From Gammaproteobacteria bacterium (GTDB lineage: Bacteria; Pseudomonadota; Gammaproteobacteria; Eutrophobiales; Eutrophobiaceae), in assembly GCA_965221695.1 (NCBI GenBank), contig OZ244905.1, positions 3,360,001 to 3,424,000 on the forward strand: a DNA stretch of 64,000 nt, read 5' to 3'. The notes beneath the pieces are model-generated. The model made no database searches and was not told the DNA's origin. It saw nothing but the letters and a program-made list of their open reading frames with translations. A program made the translations under genes and the position numbers. Shown here in pieces: positions 17,828 through 27,692 of this stretch. Position 1 is the first letter of the stretch, and every line of letters starts with the position of its first letter.

Positions 17828-20035
17828 ATGAAAAATTCTGAGAAAAACTCAAGTTGGGTGGGACTCACACTACTCGCCATGACATTTTTATTGCCGGACA
17901 AGGTATTCGCGGAGAATGTACTCGAAGAGATCACCGTTACTGCAAGGCGGCGCCAGGAGTCGTTACAGGAAGTACCGGTTTCCGTTTCTGCGTTCACCAA
18001 ATCTGCGTTGGAGGAGCGTTCCCTCACGGACCTCGGCGACATCGATCAGTTCATTCCGAACCTGGTCCACACTGAAGGACTCGCCGGTGGTAGCAGCGGG
18101 CAATATCGTATTCGCGGCGCCGGTCAGGACGACTTCGTTACCACCAATGAACCCTCGGTAGGTATCTACTTGGATGGCGTTTATATCGGCCGGGTTGCGG
18201 GCGCAGCCTTGGATTTGCTGGATATCGACCGTGTCGAGGTTATGCGCGGCCCCCAAGGTACCTTGTACGGTCGCAATACAATCGGTGGTGCGGTCAATGT
18301 CATCACCAAGGATCCTGACAATCAATTTGGTGGCTACGTGGAAGGTGTATATGGCTCTCGTGACCGCTTCGATTTCCTCGGCAGCGTGAATATACCAATA
18401 ATAGAGGATATGCTCGCCATCCGCGCTGCCTATGTCCATCATGAAGAAGACGGTTGGATCGATAGCCTGGACAACGGACGCACCTTTGGCGATGAAAACA
18501 GGGACGGCGTACGCATCTCCGGTCTTTTTACGCCCAACCAACAGTTCAGACTCCGGTTCAGCGCTGACTACACAAAGGATGACGGCGAAGCGGACCCCAG
18601 TTCGGCAACGCGTATAGAACCGACTTCCTTTATCCCACCCAATTTCGCTGTTCCGGAAAATAATGAAAACACTTATTCGGGTTTTCGTCCGGGCAATAAC
18701 GCTGAAGTATGGGGGGTGGCTGCTGACTGGACATGGGACTTCGGTCCTGGCTCCTTGCGTTCCATTTCTTCTTATCGTGACCTTGAACATCTCTCCGGAA
18801 TCGATTTTGACGGCACACCGTTTAACTTTTTCGACCAGTTGAACACTGTGGTACAGGACCAGTTCAGCCAGGAATTACACCTTCTGGGCAATTTCATGGA
18901 AGGTCGTGTCGATTACCTTCTGGGCGGATTTTACTTCAGCGAGGATATCACCGGGACATTCCATTATCCTCTGGGACCGGTTATGCTTGAGGAGCAGAAT
19001 GTAATTGATAATAGCAGCGTTGCTGTGTTCTTTAATGTGGATTTTGCGCTAACAAACCGCTTCAATCTCGGTGGCGGCGTGCGATATACTGAAGAAGACA
19101 GGGATATATTCTATAACCACAATTTCCAGGCGCCTGGACCCAATGGTGTCGTAAATGGCTTCCTCACCCAGCCACTTACGGATATCGTAGCCGTCATGCC
19201 TGCCTATCCCCCCGGAACAGATCTGGACCGGAAGCTGAGTTTCAATGCAACCACATGGCGGGTGTCAGCAGATTTTGACCTGAATGACGATATAATGCTC
19301 TTTGCATCCATCTCAGAGGGATTCCGCTCCGGCGGCTTCAATGGCAGACCCTTCGGTAATCCACTGGCATTGACGACTTTTGGTCCCGAGACCCTGCGTT
19401 CCTATGAGCTTGGTTTCAAGTCAGACCTGGCAGGTGGCCGCCTGCGTTTGAATGGCGCCATCTTCTTCTCAGATTACACCGACATGCAGTTCTCGGCCAT
19501 CCTTGCAGGCAGCCCAAGCGTCGTGACCGACAATGCCGGTGAGGCGGAGATACTCGGTGTGGAGTTCGAAGGCCACGCCAACCTCACAGATGCCTTTCTC
19601 CTGGATTTCAGTATTGGCTACATGGATGCTGAGTTTACCCAGCTTGAGCCGGGTGTGGTTGCCAACGGCATCGACCTGAATGATCCTATTGGTCTGACAC
19701 CCGAATGGTCATATAACATCGGTGGGCGCTACGAACATAGCGTGGGAGATTTTGGGACCCTGACGGCAAGGATTGACTACTCCTATACTTCAAAATACCC
19801 CTTTTTGCCGCAAGCCAACGAATTCGACTTTCAAGAGGGTTTCGGGCTCGCCAACCTGAATATTTCATTCGAACCAACAAACGAGAACTGGCAACTGAGC
19901 ATTTATGGTACTAACATCTTTAACGAGGAGTACAGCTACTTCAAGGAAGATCTGCGTCTAACCTTTCTCGGACATGTGTTGGACTTTCCGGCGCCCGGTG
20001 ATGAGTGGGGGATCAGGATGGCATACCGTTTCTAG
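17828..20035 (+). CDS. TonB-dependent receptor
   Basis: Signal peptide, LEEITVTARRR, EVMRGPQGTLYGRNTIGGA, C-terminal YRF. Confidence 0.95.
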   Translation: MKNSEKNSSWVGLTLLAMTFLLPDKVFAENVLEEITVTARRRQESLQEVPVSVSAFTKSALEERSLTDLGDIDQFIPNLVHTEGLAGGSSGQYRIRGAGQDDFVTTNEPSVGIYLDGVYIGRVAGAALDLLDIDRVEVMRGPQGTLYGRNTIGGAVNVITKDPDNQFGGYVEGVYGSRDRFDFLGSVNIPIIEDMLAIRAAYVHHEEDGWIDSLDNGRTFGDENRDGVRISGLFTPNQQFRLRFSADYTKDDGEADPSSATRIEPTSFIPPNFAVPENNENTYSGFRPGNNAEVWGVAADWTWDFGPGSLRSISSYRDLEHLSGIDFDGTPFNFFDQLNTVVQDQFSQELHLLGNFMEGRVDYLLGGFYFSEDITGTFHYPLGPVMLEEQNVIDNSSVAVFFNVDFALTNRFNLGGGVRYTEEDRDIFYNHNFQAPGPNGVVNGFLTQPLTDIVAVMPAYPPGTDLDRKLSFNATTWRVSADFDLNDDIMLFASISEGFRSGGFNGRPFGNPLALTTFGPETLRSYELGFKSDLAGGRLRLNGAIFFSDYTDMQFSAILAGSPSVVTDNAGEAEILGVEFEGHANLTDAFLLDFSIGYMDAEFTQLEPGVVANGIDLNDPIGLTPEWSYNIGGRYEHSVGDFGTLTARIDYSYTSKYPFLPQANEFDFQEGFGLANLNISFEPTNENWQLSIYGTNIFNEEYSYFKEDLRLTFLGHVLDFPAPGDEWGIRMAYRF

Positions 20036-20055
20036 TACTAGTATGGGTATCTCCA

Positions 20056-21039
20056 ATGGATAAAGGCATTGGCGTGCTGATTCCTGATACGACACCGCCA
20101 GCAAATATCGGGGATCTCTGCAGGCAGGTGGAGGCATGGGATTATGACGAAATCTGGGTCAGTGAAGATTATTTCTTCAATGCAGGTATTTCCAGCGCAG
20201 CGCTGGCCCTCCAGGCAACGAATATTATACCTGTCGGTATTGGCATTTTATCCGCCGTAGTTCGGCATCCTGCCGTGACAGCCATGGAGCTTGCTACTTT
20301 GGCTGGCGCATTCCCGGGGCGTCTCAGAGCAGGGATCGGTCACGGCGTACCCGCTTGGACCAGTCAGATGGGCCTCACTCCGGAAAACCGCTTGGCTACC
20401 CTGCGGGAGGTAATCACGAGTATACGTCGCCTGTTGGCCGGTGAACTCCTGGACCAGACTGACGGACGCTTTCAGTTCAATGGCGTCAAACTCACCCAAC
20501 CGGTCGAGAATGTGTCTCTCTACGCAGGCGTCATCGGACCACAATCTCTTGCCTTGTCGGGGGAGATAGCCGATGGCACTGTATTATCCATAATGGCGGG
20601 GGCAAAGTATTTGGCTTATGCGCGGGACAATATCAATCGAGGGATGGAAAAAGCCGGACGTTCCGGAACACATCCTCTGCCAACCTACACCTTGTATTTG
20701 GTTGACAATGATCGTCAGCGCGCGCGCGGGGCTGGCCGGCAAGCGCTCTCAATGCTCATGAGCGCTTTTGGCTCCAGCCAGTTGACAGGTGTGTATGGCA
20801 TCAATGATCAACTGGAAGACATGATCACACGCGGTGGTCCCGAGGTGATTGCAAATGAGATGCCTGATGAGTGGTTGGATTGGTTCATGGTGGTTGGCGA
20901 ACCGGAGGAATGTGCCGACGGGATCAGTCGCCTGCACAGGGCAGGAGCGTCATCGGTAGTCCTTATGCCATTGGCGATAGAAGATATTATGGCGCAACTC
21001 AGGCTCACATCCGATAAAGTATTGCCATGTTTAAGTTGA
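20056..21039 (+). CDS. LLM-class (luciferase-like) flavin-dependent oxidoreductase
   Basis: IWVSEDY, GIGIL....RHP...AMELATL, GRLRAGIGHG, GP..LALSGEIADG. Confidence 0.85.
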   Translation: MDKGIGVLIPDTTPPANIGDLCRQVEAWDYDEIWVSEDYFFNAGISSAALALQATNIIPVGIGILSAVVRHPAVTAMELATLAGAFPGRLRAGIGHGVPAWTSQMGLTPENRLATLREVITSIRRLLAGELLDQTDGRFQFNGVKLTQPVENVSLYAGVIGPQSLALSGEIADGTVLSIMAGAKYLAYARDNINRGMEKAGRSGTHPLPTYTLYLVDNDRQRARGAGRQALSMLMSAFGSSQLTGVYGINDQLEDMITRGGPEVIANEMPDEWLDWFMVVGEPEECADGISRLHRAGASSVVLMPLAIEDIMAQLRLTSDKVLPCLS

Positions 21040-21060
21040 TACACTAGCTGCGAAACAGAA

Positions 21061-21942
21061 TTGAGGCCCGGTTTGCGATTTATCAGCGTACAGACCATTT
21101 CTGATGCCCTGTCAGCGCTCGCCCGCCATGGTGATGGCGCTACGGTCCTGGCCGGGGGTACTGATGTGATGATCCAATTAGGCCGCAAAGAACTCGAAAC
21201 AGAAGCTCTGATACATATCGAGGCTCTGAATGAGTTGAAGACGATTCAGTCTTTAAATGACCGGGTGGAGATTGGCGCATTGACCACTCATCGATCCATC
21301 GCGATGATGGCCTTCCCGCTCGCCCTATACAAATCGCTCCGCTCGGCTGCAGCCTCAGTGGGGAGTTGGCAGACTCAGTCAGTGGGAACTATCGGTGGTA
21401 ATATCTGTAATGCTTCACCGGCGGCAGATATGCTGCCGCCTCTACTTGTCCACGATGCTCAGTTGCGGTTGCGCAGCGAGGCGCGGGGTGAGCGCACAAT
21501 TTCTATCAATGATTTTTTGCTGGGACGCCGGCATACGGCACGGAAGTCAGATGAGCTTCTAACCCATATCACCATTGATGCCGTTCCGGAGAGAAGCGCG
21601 GATGTGTACTTGAAAGTGGGACGGCGAGGCGCAATGGAAGTCGCTATTGTCGGGCTGGCCCTGCGGCTGACAATGGATGAGGAACCTGAACTGATTAGTG
21701 ATCTACGCATTGCTACTTGCGCAACAGGTCCGATTTCTTGCCGGGCGACGGAGGCAGAGGCTGTCCTCAGGGGACAACGCTGGTCCCAAGAGCGTATTTC
21801 CGAAGCAGGTGAAGTCCTTTGTAGAGAGATCAGCCCTATCGATGATGTACGCGGAAGCGCCGCTTACCGTTTGATGGTATTGCCGCGACTGCTGCAACAT
21901 GCGATGAGCCAGTGTTTGGAGAAAATCCAGTCTCCACCATAA
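21061..21942 (+). CDS. Xanthine dehydrogenase family FAD-binding subunit (CoxM-like)
   Basis: LAGGTD, IGALTT, GTIGGNICNASPAAD, PIDDVRGSAAYR. Confidence 0.9.
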   Translation: MRPGLRFISVQTISDALSALARHGDGATVLAGGTDVMIQLGRKELETEALIHIEALNELKTIQSLNDRVEIGALTTHRSIAMMAFPLALYKSLRSAAASVGSWQTQSVGTIGGNICNASPAADMLPPLLVHDAQLRLRSEARGERTISINDFLLGRRHTARKSDELLTHITIDAVPERSADVYLKVGRRGAMEVAIVGLALRLTMDEEPELISDLRIATCATGPISCRATEAEAVLRGQRWSQERISEAGEVLCREISPIDDVRGSAAYRLMVLPRLLQHAMSQCLEKIQSPP

Positions 21943-21963
21943 GAAGAAGCAGGTTAGCAAACT

Positions 21964-22440
21964 ATGCAACGCATAAAACTCAAGGTAAACGGTAGACAGG
22001 AGGAAGTCTCGGTAAACGATACTGAAACGCTGCTGGACATGCTGCGAGGACAACTCCACTTAACCGGCACAAAGGATGGTTGTCGCGAAGGCGAATGTGG
22101 CGCCTGCACTGTCCTCATAGATAACTTGCCCGTCGATGCCTGTATCTATCCTGCTATGGCAGCGGCTGGCCGGGATGTGGAGACTATTGAAGGCATTGGT
22201 AACAGCGCTCATCCTACACTATTGCAGCAGGCGTTGGTGGAGTGCGGTGGACTGCAATGTGGTTTCTGTACGCCGGGGATTATCATGATCCTGACCGCGT
22301 TATTAAGGGAAAACCCGACACCTTCTCCCGAACAAGTGAAGGAGTCTCTGTCAGGCAATCTGTGCCGTTGCACTGGTTATATCCAGGTTGAAGAAGCCTT
22401 GGTCAAGACCGTTGGGCGACAGAAGGAGGTAATAGCATAA
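21964..22440 (+). CDS. Xanthine dehydrogenase family 2Fe-2S subunit (CoxS-like)
   Basis: GTKDGCREGECGACTV, QCGFCTPG, GNLCRCTGY. Confidence 0.95.
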   Translation: MQRIKLKVNGRQEEVSVNDTETLLDMLRGQLHLTGTKDGCREGECGACTVLIDNLPVDACIYPAMAAAGRDVETIEGIGNSAHPTLLQQALVECGGLQCGFCTPGIIMILTALLRENPTPSPEQVKESLSGNLCRCTGYIQVEEALVKTVGRQKEVIA

Positions 22441-24731
22441 TGTCTGTGATCGGTGAAGCGTTGCCGCGTACGGATGGACTTGCAAAGGTCACCGGCGAAG
22501 CGATCTATACGGTGGATTACTCTGAGACTGGCATGCTTCATGGTTGCCTGCTGCGTTCACCCATCGTTAGCGGCCGTATTAAGCATATAGATATATCGAA
22601 GGCCGCGGCGATGCCCGGTGTCCGAGCAGTGGTAACTGCCGAGGAGGCTCCCAAGGGATTGGCAGGTATGATTATTCTCGATCAACCCCTGTTCGCCTCC
22701 GATACGATTCGCTACGAAGGAGAACCTGTCGCCGCGGTGGCCGCCGACACATTGCACCAGGCCCAGGCAGCGGTAGCAATCATAGATATAGATTATGAAG
22801 AACTGCCCGGTGTGACAGATATGCAGGCGGCCTTGGCGGACGATGCCCCTCTGGTTCACCCCCGATGGGAATCCTATTGCCGCGCCCCTATGGCAGCGCA
22901 AGCTGATCTTCGTCGTGAGGGTAATATCGTTGGTGAACTCATCGCCAATCCGGAAGGCGTCGATGAGGCTTTTGAACGTGCTTATATCATCGTAGAAGAC
23001 GAATTCGAAGTCAGTCGTCAATACCAGGCCTATCTCGAACCCATGAGTGCAGTAGTCACTTACAGTGAGGGCCGTTACACAGTGCACACAGGCAGTCAGT
23101 TTTCTTTCAATATTCGCGATGAGTTATCCCAGTATTTGGGTGTGCGACCTTCAAATATACGGGTTATAGGCAAAACAGTTGGCGGTGGTTTTGGGGCCAA
23201 GTTGGGTTGCGGGACCGAACAGTACGCGGCCGTGTTGTCGAAGGCGGCGGGTGGCCGTCCGGTCAAAGTGATAAAGGATAGAAGCGAAGACATTATCACC
23301 GCGCCGTGCAGAGAAAATGTTTGCATGCGTATACGCTCTGCTATTGACAAGGATGGAAATATCACAGGTAGAGAGTTTAGCTGTGATTTTGACAGTGGCG
23401 CATATGCTATTGAGACTCCTTTTTTTCCCAGTATTGCCCTACACTTCGCCGCCGGGGTCTACCGCGTTGGGCCAACAAGGGTGACTGGCCGTGCCGTTTA
23501 TACCAACACCGCGCCAACTGGCGCCTTTCGGGGCGTATCCGGTCCTCATATCTATCTGGCAGTGGAAAGACACATGGATCACATTGCCAGCAAGTTGGGC
23601 ATTGACCGCCGGCAATTTCGTTTACGCCATTTATTTCAGGACGGAGATAGCCTGTTAAACGGTCAGGTTCTTGATGATGCGCACATACTGGAACAAGGAT
23701 TTTACGCTGTTGATAAAATAGCGCCTTGGGTCAACGTGAAGAAAAAGAAACAAAAATACCATGGCGTGGGTATTGCAGCAGCAATATGGTTAACCAATCC
23801 CTCACCGGGCAGCTTGACCCTAACCTTGGATGAGGACGAATCTGTACAGGTGGTTACGGCGGCTAATGACAATGGCTCCGGGGCGCTTACCATGGGTATC
23901 ACCCAGATTGTAGCCGAGGAGCTGGGTCTTCGGCCGGAAGATGTGAGGATCGCCTTCCCGGATACGGACACTTGTGGTTATGATGCTGGTTCACAGGGTA
24001 GTCGTACAACACATATCGTTGGTCGCGCTGCCATTGATGCCGCCGCTGAAGTTAAGGCAAAGATATTTGAAGTTGCTGCTGGTATGCTGGAGGCCAATAT
24101 CAATGATTTGGAGCTAGTGGAGGGAACAGTGGGTGTGGTGGGAGCGCCCGACTCCCGAATTTCCTTGGGACAAGTGGTCATGGCCGCCACCTATCAGGGT
24201 CGATCGGTGACCGGCGCTGGCGCCTATATGACACCGCCAGTGCCTTTCAATCCCAGTTGCGCAACTGGCTTGGTATTTCCGACTCTGCCCACTCCCACCT
24301 ACCACGTACATCAGGCGGAGGTAGAAGTGGACCCAATTACGGGAAATGTCCGCGTAGTACGCTATATTGTCGCCCAGGAAGTGGGCAAGGCCATCAATCC
24401 CGACGGTATCCGAGGTCAGGTCCAAGGCGGCGTGGTGCAGGGTCTTGGCCTGGCGCTTTACGAAAGCCTGCGACTGGAACGAGGGCGTTATAAGGAAAGA
24501 ACACTTGAGTCCTATCGCCTGCCGCTGGCCATTGATGTTCCTAATGTTGAAACTATTCTGCTGGAAAATGCTGACGAAGCAGGTCCTTTTGGCGCTAAGG
24601 GAGTGGCGGAACCTCCTATTGCTCTGGCGCCGGCAGTCATCGCCAATGCCGTCAGCGACGCCATAGGCAAACCCTTCAATAATATTCCCATCACACCGGA
24701 AGCAGTTCTCGCAGCGCTTGAAGACAAATAA
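22440..24731 (+). CDS. Xanthine dehydrogenase family molybdopterin-binding subunit
   Basis: KVTGEA.Y, GGGFGAK, GAFRG, GSQGSR, GQVQGG..QG.G, GAKGVAEP; lacks the CO dehydrogenase AYXCSFR loop. Confidence 0.92.
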   Translation: MSVIGEALPRTDGLAKVTGEAIYTVDYSETGMLHGCLLRSPIVSGRIKHIDISKAAAMPGVRAVVTAEEAPKGLAGMIILDQPLFASDTIRYEGEPVAAVAADTLHQAQAAVAIIDIDYEELPGVTDMQAALADDAPLVHPRWESYCRAPMAAQADLRREGNIVGELIANPEGVDEAFERAYIIVEDEFEVSRQYQAYLEPMSAVVTYSEGRYTVHTGSQFSFNIRDELSQYLGVRPSNIRVIGKTVGGGFGAKLGCGTEQYAAVLSKAAGGRPVKVIKDRSEDIITAPCRENVCMRIRSAIDKDGNITGREFSCDFDSGAYAIETPFFPSIALHFAAGVYRVGPTRVTGRAVYTNTAPTGAFRGVSGPHIYLAVERHMDHIASKLGIDRRQFRLRHLFQDGDSLLNGQVLDDAHILEQGFYAVDKIAPWVNVKKKKQKYHGVGIAAAIWLTNPSPGSLTLTLDEDESVQVVTAANDNGSGALTMGITQIVAEELGLRPEDVRIAFPDTDTCGYDAGSQGSRTTHIVGRAAIDAAAEVKAKIFEVAAGMLEANINDLELVEGTVGVVGAPDSRISLGQVVMAATYQGRSVTGAGAYMTPPVPFNPSCATGLVFPTLPTPTYHVHQAEVEVDPITGNVRVVRYIVAQEVGKAINPDGIRGQVQGGVVQGLGLALYESLRLERGRYKERTLESYRLPLAIDVPNVETILLENADEAGPFGAKGVAEPPIALAPAVIANAVSDAIGKPFNNIPITPEAVLAALEDK

Positions 24732-24878
24732 ATAGCTTAACCGGGATAGAAGTTCATTACTGTCCCTTTGGCTCTCTATATTCAACTCCTTTCAGCGCTG
24801 TTTCGAAGATGTGCTAGTATCGTAAGATAAGAAGCAGGAGTAGTAATTTCCAGTTGACTGAAATGTGTGTATACCCTT

Positions 24879-27602
24879 ATGCAGCATTCAAACCTGCTAA
24901 CTGAATCGAAGCTCAGACCGCCACTGTTGAAGCAGCAGACTATCCGGCGTTCAGCGTTAATTGCACAGCTTGACCAGGTCATGACCAGGAAGCTTGGAAT
25001 TGTGCATGCGCCGGCTGGATACGGGAAGACTACCATCCTTGAACAGTTCTACAATTACAGGGCTGATTCGGGTGTTGCTGTATCATGGCTGACTTTGGAT
25101 GAGGAAGATCAGTCTCCCGGCCGGTTGCTAAAGCATATCATCAGCGCCCTGGAGCGTTCGGGCCTGCCCCCCATTGAACTTGGAAGATATCACGAGCGCC
25201 ATCTGACCCATGCGACTCGTAAATCCATTATTGAGGAACTGATGAATTCGTTGTCAAGGGTTACTGGCGACAGGATTCTGTTTCTCGACGATTATGAAAA
25301 GGCAGATTCATCGGGAACCGGGCAAATCGTTACCGATTTGCTCCTGATGTTACCTGTAAACCTGCATATTGTCATTGCTACGCGACAACAACCCAAGCTG
25401 CCTTTGGGGACATTAAAACTGGATGATGAGTTGGTCCTCGTCGATGTTGACCAGATGCGATTCAGCGAGTCGGAAATCGAATCCTTTCTTGGAGGCATGA
25501 AGGAGGTCGCACTGACTGCCGAAGATATCACCACCCTGACTACCAAGACAGAAGGTTGGCCTATTACTCTAAACCTGATTAAAGTGTGGCAACAGAAGGG
25601 TGGCATTAACGCCGACCGTGTCAGGCAACTGTCTGGGGAAACTATCGAAATCGCGGATTATCTTTTTGAACAGGTATTCGATAGGCTGAGCGATGCGGAA
25701 AAGGAATTTGCCCTGGCTACTTCGGTACTGGACAGGTTAAATGGGGATATCGCCAATGCCCTGTGCCAGCGCACTGACTGCTGGAAGATCATTGAACAAT
25801 TCGAGGTCAAGGGGCTGTTCATAGTGCCTCTGGATGACAGACGTTCCTGGTATCGTTATCATTCGCTGTTCCGCGAATTCCTTTCACAACGGCTTTCCTG
25901 GAATGATTCGGGTCGGGTGTCGAAGTACCATATTGCTGCGGGAAGGTGGCTTGCCCGCCATGACGCCGCCGCTGAGGCAATCAGGCATTTTCTTACTGCG
26001 AATGAACCGGAACTGGCCGCTGAAACAGCCGCAGAAAAGGGTGGCTGGCAACTGATATGGAGTGGTCAATCAGCGCTGCTTAGTAAAGTCTGTGAATCTG
26101 TCCCTGAGAAAATCATTCAACAGCATGTTCGCCTCCATCTGGGGCAGATATATATGACAGCGCGTACAGGTGATGCGCAAAAGGCGGTCACTGACATGGA
26201 GGAACTCAAACAGGAAAGAAAAAATGAACTATCGTCAAATGCTACGCTGGCGGCTGAAGTGCAGACTGTTGAGGTTGTGCTGGCAGGCTATGCTGATCGT
26301 TGTTTGACTCAGCAGGAAATAGATGATCTGGAACGCGCCGCCAACGATGGCGTTCTCCTGGATGTCGCCTTGCTTGCAATGATTCATAATTACCTGTTGT
26401 TATCCTATATGGACACATGCCGCTTCGACCGCGCTCGTATTGAAGCGGACAAGGCTATTGCTTATTACCGTGCCTCGAAACATGATTTTGCCGTCGATTT
26501 GGTCAGGGTCCATGTAGCCCAGTCCTTGGTAGCCGAGGGCAGGTTATCCGACGCCGCCGTCCTGTGTGATATGCAACTGGAAAACGACAGTCGCCTGTTT
26601 AACGAAACCCAGGCGGTATTTCGTGTAATTGCTGCAGAAATTGCCTGTGAACGCAATAATCTTGAAAGGGCATCTTCACTATTGGACGATGTCGTCTCTT
26701 TCCTTGAGGAATACGGAAGCTGGTTCAATATTTACGCCAGTATGTACAGGACCGCAACCACGCTTGCACGAATCAATGAGGGTACTACTGCTGCTCTACA
26801 GATGCTGGAAAGGGCCAGGGCCACCGCAGCCCAGCGGCGAATCCTGCGACTTGAACGCTTTGCCGAATTGATGAGTGTCAGGGAACTTGCCTTAGCGGGC
26901 AGGACAGATGAGGCTGGGGAAATCCTGGCTGGTTTGGATAAATCCCTGTTGCTAGAAGATGATACTGGAAAAACGGACCTATCCTGGCATATTTACGAAG
27001 CGCCTGCCGCTATACAGATACGAGTTTCTCCTGATGTCAAGGTTTGTGAAAATCACCTGAACGCTCTGGATGTCACCATCAATAAAGCACAACAACATGG
27101 GTGCGCACGCCAGCTTATCAGCGCCCTTAACCTGCGGGCCCTGATCGCGGCAAAATTGGAGCACGCGGAAGAAGCAGTACGGACACTGGAAAAGGCTCTC
27201 ACGTTGGCAACACAGGAAAGTTACCAGAGGGTATTTATCGATGAAGGGCGCCCTTTACAGGAATTATTAGAATCAACGTTAAAGAATAATGATCTGTTTC
27301 GGGAGCGGCATGAGCGATTCGCACGCACGATTCTGGCAGGTTTTAATCATCCCGCCGACTCGGGCAAACGTACTGGTACCGCAGCTCGCCTGACTGGTCG
27401 AGAGGTGGATGTGCTTGCTCTTATTGAATCCGGTTTATCCTCCAAGGAAATCGCTAATTCACTGGAACTTTCCGAGAACACGGTGAAGCACCACAGGAAG
27501 AATATCTATCGCAAACTGGGCGTCACCAGCCGTTCTCGTGCGATCGCTGAAGCTCGGCACCTGCAGCTTTTTTCAACTGAGGTCACTGGACATCCGGGAT
27601 AG
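24879..27602 (+). CDS. MalT-like large ATP-binding LuxR (LAL) transcriptional regulator
   Basis: SKLRPP, APAGYGKTT, WLTLDEED, TEGWP, WYRYHSLF, C-terminal LTGREVDVL...SENTVKHHRKNIYRKLGV. Confidence 0.92.
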   Translation: MQHSNLLTESKLRPPLLKQQTIRRSALIAQLDQVMTRKLGIVHAPAGYGKTTILEQFYNYRADSGVAVSWLTLDEEDQSPGRLLKHIISALERSGLPPIELGRYHERHLTHATRKSIIEELMNSLSRVTGDRILFLDDYEKADSSGTGQIVTDLLLMLPVNLHIVIATRQQPKLPLGTLKLDDELVLVDVDQMRFSESEIESFLGGMKEVALTAEDITTLTTKTEGWPITLNLIKVWQQKGGINADRVRQLSGETIEIADYLFEQVFDRLSDAEKEFALATSVLDRLNGDIANALCQRTDCWKIIEQFEVKGLFIVPLDDRRSWYRYHSLFREFLSQRLSWNDSGRVSKYHIAAGRWLARHDAAAEAIRHFLTANEPELAAETAAEKGGWQLIWSGQSALLSKVCESVPEKIIQQHVRLHLGQIYMTARTGDAQKAVTDMEELKQERKNELSSNATLAAEVQTVEVVLAGYADRCLTQQEIDDLERAANDGVLLDVALLAMIHNYLLLSYMDTCRFDRARIEADKAIAYYRASKHDFAVDLVRVHVAQSLVAEGRLSDAAVLCDMQLENDSRLFNETQAVFRVIAAEIACERNNLERASSLLDDVVSFLEEYGSWFNIYASMYRTATTLARINEGTTAALQMLERARATAAQRRILRLERFAELMSVRELALAGRTDEAGEILAGLDKSLLLEDDTGKTDLSWHIYEAPAAIQIRVSPDVKVCENHLNALDVTINKAQQHGCARQLISALNLRALIAAKLEHAEEAVRTLEKALTLATQESYQRVFIDEGRPLQELLESTLKNNDLFRERHERFARTILAGFNHPADSGKRTGTAARLTGREVDVLALIESGLSSKEIANSLELSENTVKHHRKNIYRKLGVTSRSRAIAEARHLQLFSTEVTGHPG

Positions 27603-27692
27603 AATACACCGATTCTGCAGATGGAATTCAAGGCCAGAAAAAACCGGAGAACCGGATTTATTCAGGTTGAATTGGCCTGACCCTCTCAGGGC

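Noticed and set aside
21061-24731. coxMSL order suggesting aerobic CO dehydrogenase
   Set aside because: The large subunit has AFRG rather than the form I AYXCSFR loop, and no cox accessory genes are present.
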